The notes beneath the pieces are model-generated. The model was not told the origin of the DNA and did not search any database. It worked only from the letters and a program-made list of their open reading frames with translations. This document shows, piece by piece, positions 46,320 to 54,814 of a stretch of 64,000 nt of DNA. The number at the start of each line of letters is the position of its first letter. Position 1 is the first letter of the stretch. The stretch lies in NCBI GenBank assembly GCA_963977655.1, contig CAXBPV010000016.1:16960-80959 (forward strand), written 5' to 3'. Source of the DNA: an uncultured Halieaceae bacterium. Its GTDB lineage: Bacteria; Pseudomonadota; Gammaproteobacteria; Pseudomonadales; Halieaceae. Position numbers and translations under genes: made by a program.

Positions 46320-47777
46320 ATGAATGCCCCGCAGCAAGTTGTAGTCAGCCCCGACGTCGAAATCAAAATGCAGGACGCCTTGAAAGCGCAGCGAGAAAGC
46401 TATCTGCAGGAAGGCTTCGTTTCTGCCGAGGTCCGTATCGACCGCCTTAACCGCGCCATCGATGTGCTGGTTCGCCATGCAGGTCGGATCAGTGAGGCGA
46501 TTAACAAGGATTTTGTCTGCAGACCTGACCAGATTAATCTGATGACCGATGTCGCGGCGTCAATTGGTTCGATGAAACACTGCCGCAAGCATCTTAAAAA
46601 GTGGATGAAGAATGAGAAGCGCCCGTCCACCTTTCCGCTGGGGCTACTCGGTGGCCGCTCGCACATCCAGTACCAGCCCAAGGGTGTAGTCGGTATTGTG
46701 GCGCCCTGGAACTTTCCCGTGTCAATGGTATTCCAGCCGCTCGCTGGCATTCTCGCGGCGGGCAATCGCGCGATGATCAAACCATCAGAGTTCACGCCCG
46801 AGACGTCCAAGGTAATTGAAGACATCGTTGCCGAGGCCTTTGATCCCACAGAAGTCACAACGTTTTGCGGTGGTCCTGAGGTAGGGCAAGCCTTCACCTC
46901 ACTTCCCTTCGACCACATGATCTTCACCGGCGCAACCAACATCGCCCGGCACGTACTCACGGCCGCAGCGCGCAATCTGGTGCCCGTGACGCTCGAGCTG
47001 GGGGGCAAATCTCCGGTAGTGATTTCACGCTCCGCCAATCTGGAGCAAGCGGTATCGCGGATCATGGTGGGCAAGACCCTGAATGCGGGCCAAATCTGTC
47101 TGGCCCCAGACTATCTTTTGGTGCCCGAAGAGCAGCTTGAGGAGGTTATTAGGCTCGCGACTCAAGCGGTGGCCGACATGTACACCAGCCTGCGTGACAA
47201 CGACCAGTACACCGCGGTCATTAACGAGCGCCATCACAAGCGCTTGAGCAGCTATCTTGAAGATGCTGCAAAACGCGGCTGTCGCATTATTCCGCTTAAC
47301 CCGGCAAACGAGGATTTCAGCAACGGCACGGGCAAAATCCCACCCACGCTGATTGTGTCACCCGAGACCGATGCCCTGTGTATGGAAGAGGAAATCTTCG
47401 GGCCCCTCTTGCCAATTCGCACCTACAAAAACTTTGAGGAGACCATCGACTACATCAATGCGAATCCGCGCCCACTGGCGGCCTACTATTTCGGCACCGA
47501 CAAGGGCGAGGAGGAGACCTTTCTGCATCGCACCACCTCGGGCGGCGTCTGCATCAACGATGTGATCTTCCACATCATGCAGGAAGACATGCCCTTTGGC
47601 GGCATAGGCCCCTCAGGCATGGGTTCCTATCACGGCGTTGAGGGCTTCAAAACCTTTAGCCATGCCAAGTCGGTGTACAGTCAGAGCCTGAAGTTCAACG
47701 TGGCGAAGCTGGGCGGGGTCTTACCGCCCTACGGCAAGACAACCGACAATAACATCAAGGCACAGATTAAAAGCTGA
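46320..47777 (+). CDS. NAD(P)-dependent aldehyde dehydrogenase (ALDH3 / coniferyl-aldehyde-dehydrogenase-like)
   Basis: Start moved to ATG 46320. Catalytic blocks ELGGKSP and GQICLAPDY, and the EEIFGP motif. Confidence 0.85.
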   Translation: MNAPQQVVVSPDVEIKMQDALKAQRESYLQEGFVSAEVRIDRLNRAIDVLVRHAGRISEAINKDFVCRPDQINLMTDVAASIGSMKHCRKHLKKWMKNEKRPSTFPLGLLGGRSHIQYQPKGVVGIVAPWNFPVSMVFQPLAGILAAGNRAMIKPSEFTPETSKVIEDIVAEAFDPTEVTTFCGGPEVGQAFTSLPFDHMIFTGATNIARHVLTAAARNLVPVTLELGGKSPVVISRSANLEQAVSRIMVGKTLNAGQICLAPDYLLVPEEQLEEVIRLATQAVADMYTSLRDNDQYTAVINERHHKRLSSYLEDAAKRGCRIIPLNPANEDFSNGTGKIPPTLIVSPETDALCMEEEIFGPLLPIRTYKNFEETIDYINANPRPLAAYYFGTDKGEEETFLHRTTSGGVCINDVIFHIMQEDMPFGGIGPSGMGSYHGVEGFKTFSHAKSVYSQSLKFNVAKLGGVLPPYGKTTDNNIKAQIKS

Positions 47778-47799
47778 CGTGCCGGGTGGGATTTAGCTG

Positions 47800-47836
47800 G
47801 ACATAAAAAACCCCGCTTTGCGGGGTTTTTTATGTC
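47800..47836. terminator. bidirectional rho-independent terminator
   Basis: Perfect 17-bp stem gacataaaaaaccccgc / gcggggttttttatgtc with a 3-nt loop. The A-run and T-run flank a GC core, between convergent genes (stops at 47777 and 47848). Confidence 0.85.
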
Positions 47837-47847
47837 TGGGGCAGGCG

Positions 47848-48276
47848 TCACTTGAGAATATACGCCTGCACGACTAAATCCCGGGTGAGTGGATTGAATT
47901 TGATGACATCGAGATTCATCTGGCCGTTGGTGATGTTGACCACATTACGCATGACCACCACGCCATCCACCAGCTCCCAAAAGCCCTGAAAGCGACCCGA
48001 AGCATAGCCCTCTGGCGTAAAGCCTCGGCCTTGCCCGTCGACGGTTCCGCCATTGCGCGCGCTGTTATAGCTCAGGTGGTAGGTCACATAGACTTTTCCG
48101 TAACCCTCCATGTCTCCCTCCGCACTCACCGAGGTAACTTCCTGACCCAGCTCAACGGAGGTGACATTCATGGCGGTGTCGGGCTGACGCTTCTCAAGCC
48201 CCAGATCGCCATGACCATCAGCCCAGGCCAGCGGTGTAAATAAAATCAGACAGACTAACAACCAGTTTTTCATCAT
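47848..48276 (-). CDS. hypothetical secreted beta-rich protein
   Basis: Signal peptide MMKNWLLVCLILFTPLAWA. 142 aa. No family was recognised. Confidence 0.5.
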   Translation of the reverse strand: MMKNWLLVCLILFTPLAWADGHGDLGLEKRQPDTAMNVTSVELGQEVTSVSAEGDMEGYGKVYVTYHLSYNSARNGGTVDGQGRGFTPEGYASGRFQGFWELVDGVVVMRNVVNITNGQMNLDVIKFNPLTRDLVVQAYILK

Positions 48277-48489
48277 CTTCCCCTTGCTATCACTTGTTTG
48301 CTTGGCTGGTTTTCAGCGGCGCACCCTGCCTCATACCTTCGCGCCTATCCACCACCATACCCCAGCGCCACCCAAAAGCCACCGAAACCGCCGGGGTTCA
48401 TTGGGTTCTAAGACACCCCATGATCGAGGAATCACCGTAGGAATTCGTCGCTATCTACCGTTACACTGGTTGGAGCAACGCCAAGCAAC

Positions 48490-48504
48490 GGCGCACCGTG
48501 CGCC
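48490..48504. repeat. 15-bp palindrome GGCGCAC-C-GTGCGCC in a divergent promoter region
   Basis: Read directly. It lies 27-41 bp upstream of ATG 48531. Confidence 0.8.
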
Positions 48505-48530
48505 CCCTTGTTATGCAGTAAGATCACGCT

Positions 48531-49835
48531 ATGAACCTTTTTATTGCGTCCAACTGTGTTAAAAGCGCCGTCGTGAGGGCATGCGCGCTGTGGACATTGA
48601 CCCTACTGATAGCCTGCACACCAGCGTGGCAACAACCCGTGTCCGGGGAGCAACTGGGGCTATTCGAAAGCAGCAAGACAGTGAGCCGGGATGGGGTCAC
48701 TGTCACGGTGGCCGTACCCTCGGCGGAGCAAACGCTGCAGTTATTCGGCACCGATCTCTACAAGTCTCGGGTGCAACCCGTTTGGGTACGGGTCGAAAAT
48801 ACGACGGCGCAGGATCTGACACTGATTCGCAATGCGATCGACGACGCCTATGTCTCACCGGCAGAGGCAGCTTATTTGCGACACGCCGGATCAGCCGAAA
48901 CCAAGCGCGCCATGGACGTCTTCTTTCAGGAGAGCGAGTTTAAAAACCCGATCAAGTCGGGTACCACGGTGGCGGGTTATGTTTTCACCAATCTCGAGGA
49001 GGGGTTTAAAAACGTCAATGTCGACTTATTGGGGGATGACCTGCTCATCAATGTTGCTCTCGCCGTCAAAATACCCGGACTCAACACAGACGTGGAATAT
49101 GTGGACCTAGACGGCCTCTATTCCAGCATTGAGAACATCGAGGACGTAGCTGACTTTCAGTCTCGCCTGCGCAACGAACCCTGCTGCACCACTAACGAGC
49201 AGAATAATGATGAGGGTGACCCGCTCAACGTCGTGCTTGTCGGATCTCGTGACGCTATCTTTACGGCGCTAATCAGGCGAGGCTGGCATTCGACCGAAGT
49301 GAACCACATGAAGTCGGCACTAAAGACAACCCGCTCTTTTCTATTTGGTAGTCAATACCTCTACTCGCCCATCAGTCCCCTCTACCTGTACGGCCGCTCT
49401 CAGGACATTGGTCTGCAGAAAGCGCGCCAATCGATTAGACGTCGAAACCATATGCGGCTATGGCGTGCACCCTATGACTTTCAGGGCAATGAAGTTTATT
49501 TGGGGCAAATAAGCCGAGATATTGGGGTTAAGCTTAATAAACGCACCCTAACGACCCATGCGATCGACCCCTACGTCGATCACACACGCGATAGTCTGGC
49601 CGGCGATCTTGCCTACTCACAAGGCCTCTCGGGCGTCGCCTACGTGTCTGGGTCGCAACGCTCAACCCAAGAGCAACCGTTCTATAACCTAACGCCAGAC
49701 CCCTACTTCTCTGATGGCTATCGCGCTGTTTTTTTCTTCACGGAGACGCCCGTATCTCTCACTGAAATCGATCAACTGAAATGGTTGCCCCAATGGCATC
49801 CCTCGCTTCAACCCGACACTTCAGGGCAGGAATGA
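48531..49835 (+). CDS. LssY_C-domain lipoprotein
   Basis: Lipobox LLIAC. The C-terminal half carries GDPLNVVLVG......AL...GW, then RNHMRLW and G.ISRD blocks that I associate with the LssY C-terminal domain. Confidence 0.6.
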   Translation: MNLFIASNCVKSAVVRACALWTLTLLIACTPAWQQPVSGEQLGLFESSKTVSRDGVTVTVAVPSAEQTLQLFGTDLYKSRVQPVWVRVENTTAQDLTLIRNAIDDAYVSPAEAAYLRHAGSAETKRAMDVFFQESEFKNPIKSGTTVAGYVFTNLEEGFKNVNVDLLGDDLLINVALAVKIPGLNTDVEYVDLDGLYSSIENIEDVADFQSRLRNEPCCTTNEQNNDEGDPLNVVLVGSRDAIFTALIRRGWHSTEVNHMKSALKTTRSFLFGSQYLYSPISPLYLYGRSQDIGLQKARQSIRRRNHMRLWRAPYDFQGNEVYLGQISRDIGVKLNKRTLTTHAIDPYVDHTRDSLAGDLAYSQGLSGVAYVSGSQRSTQEQPFYNLTPDPYFSDGYRAVFFFTETPVSLTEIDQLKWLPQWHPSLQPDTSGQE

Positions 49836-50971
49836 TGGCCAACACCAATGCATCGTTACCGCGCCATACCGCCCGGGACTTAACGAAAGGCGTCGTGTTG
49901 TTTGCGCTGGTAGCGCTCGTCGCAGCCTGCTCGAGTCAGCCACAGGTGCCCTTTTCACAATCACTCGAACCGATCTCCTTCGAGCCTGGCAATGCCTACA
50001 ACGTAACGGACGGACGAGCGCGATTCAGGGAGATTTTTTGTGCTGCAACCGAGGACCATGGAGAATCGCTACCGGATTATCGGCCCTGTGAGGACGCCTT
50101 GGTGCGTTTTGAGGATGAGCCGCAGGCGACCGGTGAACCTGTCGATCTGGGGGTATCTTCAGCCCGACTGTTGGCGAAGATGGTGCCGGGGCTGGCCTAT
50201 TCTTGCATCAAGGCGTGGCTGCATCATGACAACTCGGCCCCCAACCACGTGGCAACGCTGGGCTATGAGACCGGTTTTATTCAGGTAGAGGGCATTGCCA
50301 GCTCGGAGACCAATGCGACGCTGATCGCCGACTATGTAGCCAACCTCGGACCCGAGCACAGCGATCAGCCCCTCATCCTCGTTGGATATTCCAAAGGGGT
50401 CCCTGATATTTTTGCGTTCCTTATTGCCTACCCGGAACTCACCAAAAGGGTCTCAGCGGTGGTGTCTTACGCCGGCGCGGTATGGGGGTCCCCCCTCGCC
50501 GACACGGCGGACGAAAAACAGCTCAAGTGGTTGACCCACATTCCGGGCGCCGAGTGTGAAAAAAAGGACTCCAAGGCTCTCGAGACCCTCAGCCCCGCTA
50601 ACCGTGTGGCGTGGTTTGCTGAAAACACCCTGCCGGAGCACATCCGCTACTACTCAGTGATCGCGTTTCCAGACCCCGAGAATATCTCCAACGGCCTGCA
50701 GCGGTTTCATCGCCAACTCGGGGAATTAAAGGATGCGCGCAACGACTCCCAGGTGGTGTTCTATGATCAAGTAATACCCGGCTCCACGGTCCTCGGGTTT
50801 TTCAATGCCGATCACTGGGCCATGTCGGTGCCGATCGCGCGGCAACATGCGATTACGCAAGCCGTCTTTGCAGACCAAAACGATTTTCCGCGCGAAATTG
50901 CACTGGAAGCCATCCTGCGCTACATCGAGGAAGATCTCGCTAAGGCCGCGACGGGTCCTGACGGTCCATAG
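49832..50971 (+). CDS. lipase-like alpha/beta-hydrolase lipoprotein
   Basis: Start moved to ATG 49832 (ATGA overlap with the upstream stop). Lipobox LVAAC, nucleophile elbow GYSKG, and candidate Asp (NDSQV) and His (ADHWA) of a catalytic triad. Confidence 0.55.
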   Translation: MMANTNASLPRHTARDLTKGVVLFALVALVAACSSQPQVPFSQSLEPISFEPGNAYNVTDGRARFREIFCAATEDHGESLPDYRPCEDALVRFEDEPQATGEPVDLGVSSARLLAKMVPGLAYSCIKAWLHHDNSAPNHVATLGYETGFIQVEGIASSETNATLIADYVANLGPEHSDQPLILVGYSKGVPDIFAFLIAYPELTKRVSAVVSYAGAVWGSPLADTADEKQLKWLTHIPGAECEKKDSKALETLSPANRVAWFAENTLPEHIRYYSVIAFPDPENISNGLQRFHRQLGELKDARNDSQVVFYDQVIPGSTVLGFFNADHWAMSVPIARQHAITQAVFADQNDFPREIALEAILRYIEEDLAKAATGPDGP

Positions 50972-50995
50972 ACCACTTTTGGGTGCAACGCCGCG

Positions 50996-53230
50996 CTAAC
51001 CGCTCGCCAGCCCAGCCACAATCTTGGGTGGGTTCAGAGGCAAATCTCTGAAGCGCACGCCTGTGGACTGATATACCGCCTCAGCGATCGCGGGCATGGG
51101 TGGCACAATCGGCACCTCTCCGACACCTTTGACGCCAAAGGGGTGTAACGGATTGGGTATCTCGACAATGACCGTATCGATATAGGGCAGATCCGATGCA
51201 ACCGGTATGCGGTAATCGAGGAAGCCGGGGTTTTCGAGCACACCGTCGGCGTTGTAGAGATATTCTTCATTCAACGCCCAGCCAATGCCCTGCACCGCGC
51301 CGCCCTGCATCTGACCCTCGACATAATCGGGGTGGATCGCTTTGCCCGCATCCTGTATGGCGGTGTAGCGCGTGATGGTGGTGCGACCGGTTTCTTTATC
51401 GACCTCGGCATCGCAAATATGCACCCCGAATCCCGGCGCGGTGCTGGTGGAAGTCAATGAGCTGGAAAAAGTCAGCGGACCGCCCATCCCGCCGGCCCGA
51501 CTCGCTAGCTGTTCGAAAGTGAGCGTGTTCTCCCCGTGATGGGCTGCACCCTGAGACCACGTGACCACTCCAGCCTCCACTCCCCACTCCGACGCAGCAC
51601 GGCGACACATTTCCGCCACGCACTGTTCTGCCGCTTGAATCACTGCCTGCCCCGTCGCCAGTGTGGTGCGGCTACCGCCCGTGACGTCGGTATGCCCCAC
51701 CGAATCCGTTGCCGCCACCTGGGGGTGAATATGCTCAAAGGGAATCCCCAGTACTTCAGAGGCCATCAGCGCCATCGAAGCCCGTGATCCACCAATGTCA
51801 GGGCTGCCCGTTAGCACGGCAACGTGACCATCTGAGCTCACGTTGATGGTGGCACTGGATTGCATACCGGCGTTAATCCAGTAACCCATGGCCACGCCCC
51901 GCCCGGCGCCCTCGGCCACGGCGGATTGGTAGTGTGGGTGATTGCGCGCGACTTCCAGGCATTCACGCAAGCCAATGCGTTTATAGGGCGCACCCATCAT
52001 GTTGGCATCGCCCTCTTCCACGGCATTCATCAATCTGAAGTCGATCGGGTCCATACCCAACTCGGCAGCTAGTTCGGTAATGGCGAGCTCAAAGCCCAGG
52101 GTGACCTGGGGAATGCTTGGCGCGCGATAGGCGTGGATTTTGGGTTTATTTGTGTACACCGAGCGCCCGGTGGAACGCGCGTCGGTCAGCTTGTAACACG
52201 CCGTCGCCATAAAGGCGGGGATCCCGGCGGGGTTGCCGTTGTAGGCCCCGGAGTCCATCAAGCACTCCACATCGGCGGCGACCAAAGTGCCGTCTCGCAT
52301 GGCCCCTAACTTAACTCTGGTTTCGGCACCCGGTGCGGGGCCTGTGGCGCGGAACACATCGCCGCGATCCATCACCATCTTCACGGGACGGCCCGCTTTT
52401 TGTGCAAGCACTACGGCAAGGGGTTCGAGATAAACGGTGGTTTTGCCACCAAAACCCCCACCAATCTCGGAGGCGCTCACTCTGATTTTGCCTTGATCAA
52501 TGCCGGTGACGGCTGAGGTGTAATGGCGCACCGTAAAGTGTCCCTGAGTACAGCACCACAGCTCGACGCGCCCGGCAGGATCGACCCGCGCCACGCAGGC
52601 GTGGGGTTCAATGTAGCCTTGGTGGCACATGGGTACTGAGTAGGTGTGCTCGATCACCACGTCGGCTTTTTCAAAAGCCGCGTCCGGGTCACCGACGGTC
52701 AGACTAATATGTGTGGCGAGATTGGTGGGCTCTTCAGGGTAGCCATCGGGAAAGCGGTCGTCGTGCAGTATCGGCGCATCATCAGCCAGAGCCTTGTGTA
52801 CATCGGTGACCGCGGGTAGCACCTCATAAACCACCTCGACGGCGCGCGCCGCCTCAGCCGCCAATTCTGGCGATGTCGCCGCCACCGCAGCGACCGCCTG
52901 TGAATGAAACAGCACTTTGCCCTGTGACATCACCATGGGCACGACATCCTTGAGCGCCATAGCACCTTCACCGCCGCCCAGCATCTCGTTGCCCGGTTTC
53001 ACGAGGTCATCGCCGGTCATCACCGCAAGCACACCTTCCATTGCCAATGCCTTGCTGCAATCTATGGATTGAATGACCGCGTGGGCATGGGGGCTGCGGA
53101 CTACATGGCCGTATATCTGACCCTGCATATTGAGATCTGCGCCGTAGCGCGCACGGCCGGTAACCTTATCCAACCCATCGGGCCGAACCGGCCGTGAACC
53201 GATGACTTTGAATTCCTGATAGGCGTTCAT
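50996..53230 (-). CDS. xanthine-dehydrogenase-family molybdopterin-binding large subunit (CoxL-like, non-CODH)
   Basis: Start moved to ATG 53230 (ATGA overlap). N-terminal RPDGLDKVTGRARYGAD and the GGGFGGK block. The active-site loop reads HAYRAPSIPQ, not the CODH signatures. Confidence 0.9.
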   Translation of the reverse strand: MNAYQEFKVIGSRPVRPDGLDKVTGRARYGADLNMQGQIYGHVVRSPHAHAVIQSIDCSKALAMEGVLAVMTGDDLVKPGNEMLGGGEGAMALKDVVPMVMSQGKVLFHSQAVAAVAATSPELAAEAARAVEVVYEVLPAVTDVHKALADDAPILHDDRFPDGYPEEPTNLATHISLTVGDPDAAFEKADVVIEHTYSVPMCHQGYIEPHACVARVDPAGRVELWCCTQGHFTVRHYTSAVTGIDQGKIRVSASEIGGGFGGKTTVYLEPLAVVLAQKAGRPVKMVMDRGDVFRATGPAPGAETRVKLGAMRDGTLVAADVECLMDSGAYNGNPAGIPAFMATACYKLTDARSTGRSVYTNKPKIHAYRAPSIPQVTLGFELAITELAAELGMDPIDFRLMNAVEEGDANMMGAPYKRIGLRECLEVARNHPHYQSAVAEGAGRGVAMGYWINAGMQSSATINVSSDGHVAVLTGSPDIGGSRASMALMASEVLGIPFEHIHPQVAATDSVGHTDVTGGSRTTLATGQAVIQAAEQCVAEMCRRAASEWGVEAGVVTWSQGAAHHGENTLTFEQLASRAGGMGGPLTFSSSLTSTSTAPGFGVHICDAEVDKETGRTTITRYTAIQDAGKAIHPDYVEGQMQGGAVQGIGWALNEEYLYNADGVLENPGFLDYRIPVASDLPYIDTVIVEIPNPLHPFGVKGVGEVPIVPPMPAIAEAVYQSTGVRFRDLPLNPPKIVAGLASG

Positions 53231-53721
53231 GCTGCCTCCCCGCGCATGGTCTTGGCGGCATCCAACACCGCGCGAATGATCTTGTCGTATCCCGTACAGC
53301 GGCAAAGATTGCCGGCCAACCAATAACGCGCCTGCTCCTCGGTGGGATCAGGGTTGTGCTCTAACAACGCCTTGGCAGCAATCACCACACCCGGCGTGCA
53401 GATGCCGCACTGCAAGCCACCGTGCTCCAGCAGCTTCTGTTGCACCGGGTGGAGCTTTCCTCCTCTCGCGATACCCTCGATAGTCTCCACGGTCTGGCCT
53501 TCGACCTCAGCCGCCAGCACCAGACAGGAACACACGAGGCGATCGTTCACCAGCACCGAGCATGCGCCACAGTCACCGGTGTTGCAGCCGATCTTGGTGC
53601 CGATCAAGTCGAGCTCGTCGCGGAGTACTTCAGCCAGCACCTGCCCTGGCGAGCATAGAAACGCAGTGTCTTCACCGTTGATGGTGGCCTGCACCGCCAT
53701 TTTATTGAGCGGCTTGTTCAT
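53227..53721 (-). CDS. [2Fe-2S]-binding small subunit (CoxS-like)
   Basis: Plant-type cluster C.TGDCGAC.V and second cluster CG.CTPG...C.C.GY. Confidence 0.9.
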   Translation of the reverse strand: MNKPLNKMAVQATINGEDTAFLCSPGQVLAEVLRDELDLIGTKIGCNTGDCGACSVLVNDRLVCSCLVLAAEVEGQTVETIEGIARGGKLHPVQQKLLEHGGLQCGICTPGVVIAAKALLEHNPDPTEEQARYWLAGNLCRCTGYDKIIRAVLDAAKTMRGEAA

Positions 53722-54590
53722 AATCGGGCCTCCTGAATACGTGCCTGGGCCTTGGCAATGGCCCGCGATACCAGCACGCCCACCACATGGGTGCGGTACT
53801 CGGCAGTGCCGCGCTTATCGGAAATAGGTTTAGCCGCGGCACGCACAGCCGCTACTGCCGCATCGATTACGGCTTGATCCAACTGTGACCCTGCCAACGC
53901 CTCACCCGCCGCATCAACTAACAACGCTGTGGGTGCCACCGCTCCGATCGCCACTCTTGCAGCGGTACAGGTGCCCGACTCATCAACCGTGATCGAAACC
54001 CCGGCTCCGGCCACCGCGATGTCCATTTCGGTGCGCGGTGTTAGCCGCAAGTAGGCGTCTGAAGTGCCAGGCGCGGGCCTCGGCAGAATGAGCTCAACCA
54101 ATAACTCACCCGGCACCAGGGCGTTTTGGTTTGGTCCCAACACAAAATCCTCTACCGCAAGGGTGCGCTCTCCATCAGGCCCCAGAATGCGGCACTGCGC
54201 TCCATTGGCAATAAGTGCTGGAATGCTGTCTGCTGCCGGTGACGCATTACAGAGATTGCCACCCGCCGAGCATCGGCCGGTTATCTGGGTCGAACCAATT
54301 AAATCGAGCGCCTCGGCGAGTCCTGGAAACAGCGATGGCACATCAGAATTGTGCAGCACATCAAAAGCCGATGCCGCCGCGCCGATCCGCACCGACGTCT
54401 CGCCCACCTCAATCGCTGTCAACTCCGGGATATGTTTGAGATCAATGACCCGCGCCGGGTCGCGTGCGCCCAACCGAATGCCGACCAGCAAATCCGTACC
54501 GCCCGCGAGCCAAGCGCTGGCTGCCCCCTCGCCGACAGCCGCTTGCGCCTCTGATAGTGACCTGGGAGAGAGAAATTCCTGAACTGCCAT
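53718..54590 (-). CDS. FAD-binding medium subunit (CoxM-like)
   Basis: Start moved to ATG 54590. AGGTDLL motif and a CO-dehydrogenase-flavoprotein-like C-terminus. Stop overlaps the small-subunit start. Confidence 0.85.
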   Translation of the reverse strand: MAVQEFLSPRSLSEAQAAVGEGAASAWLAGGTDLLVGIRLGARDPARVIDLKHIPELTAIEVGETSVRIGAAASAFDVLHNSDVPSLFPGLAEALDLIGSTQITGRCSAGGNLCNASPAADSIPALIANGAQCRILGPDGERTLAVEDFVLGPNQNALVPGELLVELILPRPAPGTSDAYLRLTPRTEMDIAVAGAGVSITVDESGTCTAARVAIGAVAPTALLVDAAGEALAGSQLDQAVIDAAVAAVRAAAKPISDKRGTAEYRTHVVGVLVSRAIAKAQARIQEARL

Positions 54591-54814
54591 AGCTGAATGC
54601 ACCCGTTTCTTATTGGTTCGGCTTCTGCAAGCAAGTGATCGCTTAGGTGACCTAAAGATAGCGCTTTTCAGGTTAGCTTGGCGAGAGAAAGGCCTGAATC
54701 GGGGCAACCAGCAACCACCAATCGGCTTTAACTCTGTAAAAGGTGGCAGCCAGCCTTGCCGACTTGCTGGGGCGCCGGAAACAGTTTACCCGTGGAAAAT
54801 CACTTCTGTTGTGT

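Noticed and set aside
15360-47074. Other long antisense ORFs: 15360-16013, 22533-23171, 22406-22927, 37259-37903, 39142-39768, 41292-41981 and 46400-47074.
   Set aside because: Each lies opposite a gene with strong catalytic motifs (YbfF-like esterase, thiolase, M48 peptidase, acyl-CoA synthetase, SCPx thiolase, ALDH). Their compositions are Arg/Pro/Gly/His-rich and stop-poor only because of the GC-rich third-position pattern on the opposite strand.
50996-54590. Calling the three-subunit molybdoenzyme an aerobic CO dehydrogenase (coxMSL).
   Set aside because: The large-subunit active-site loop is AYRAPS, not AYRCSFR (form I) or AYRGAGR (form II), and no cox accessory genes are adjacent. It is kept as a generic XDH-family hydroxylase.
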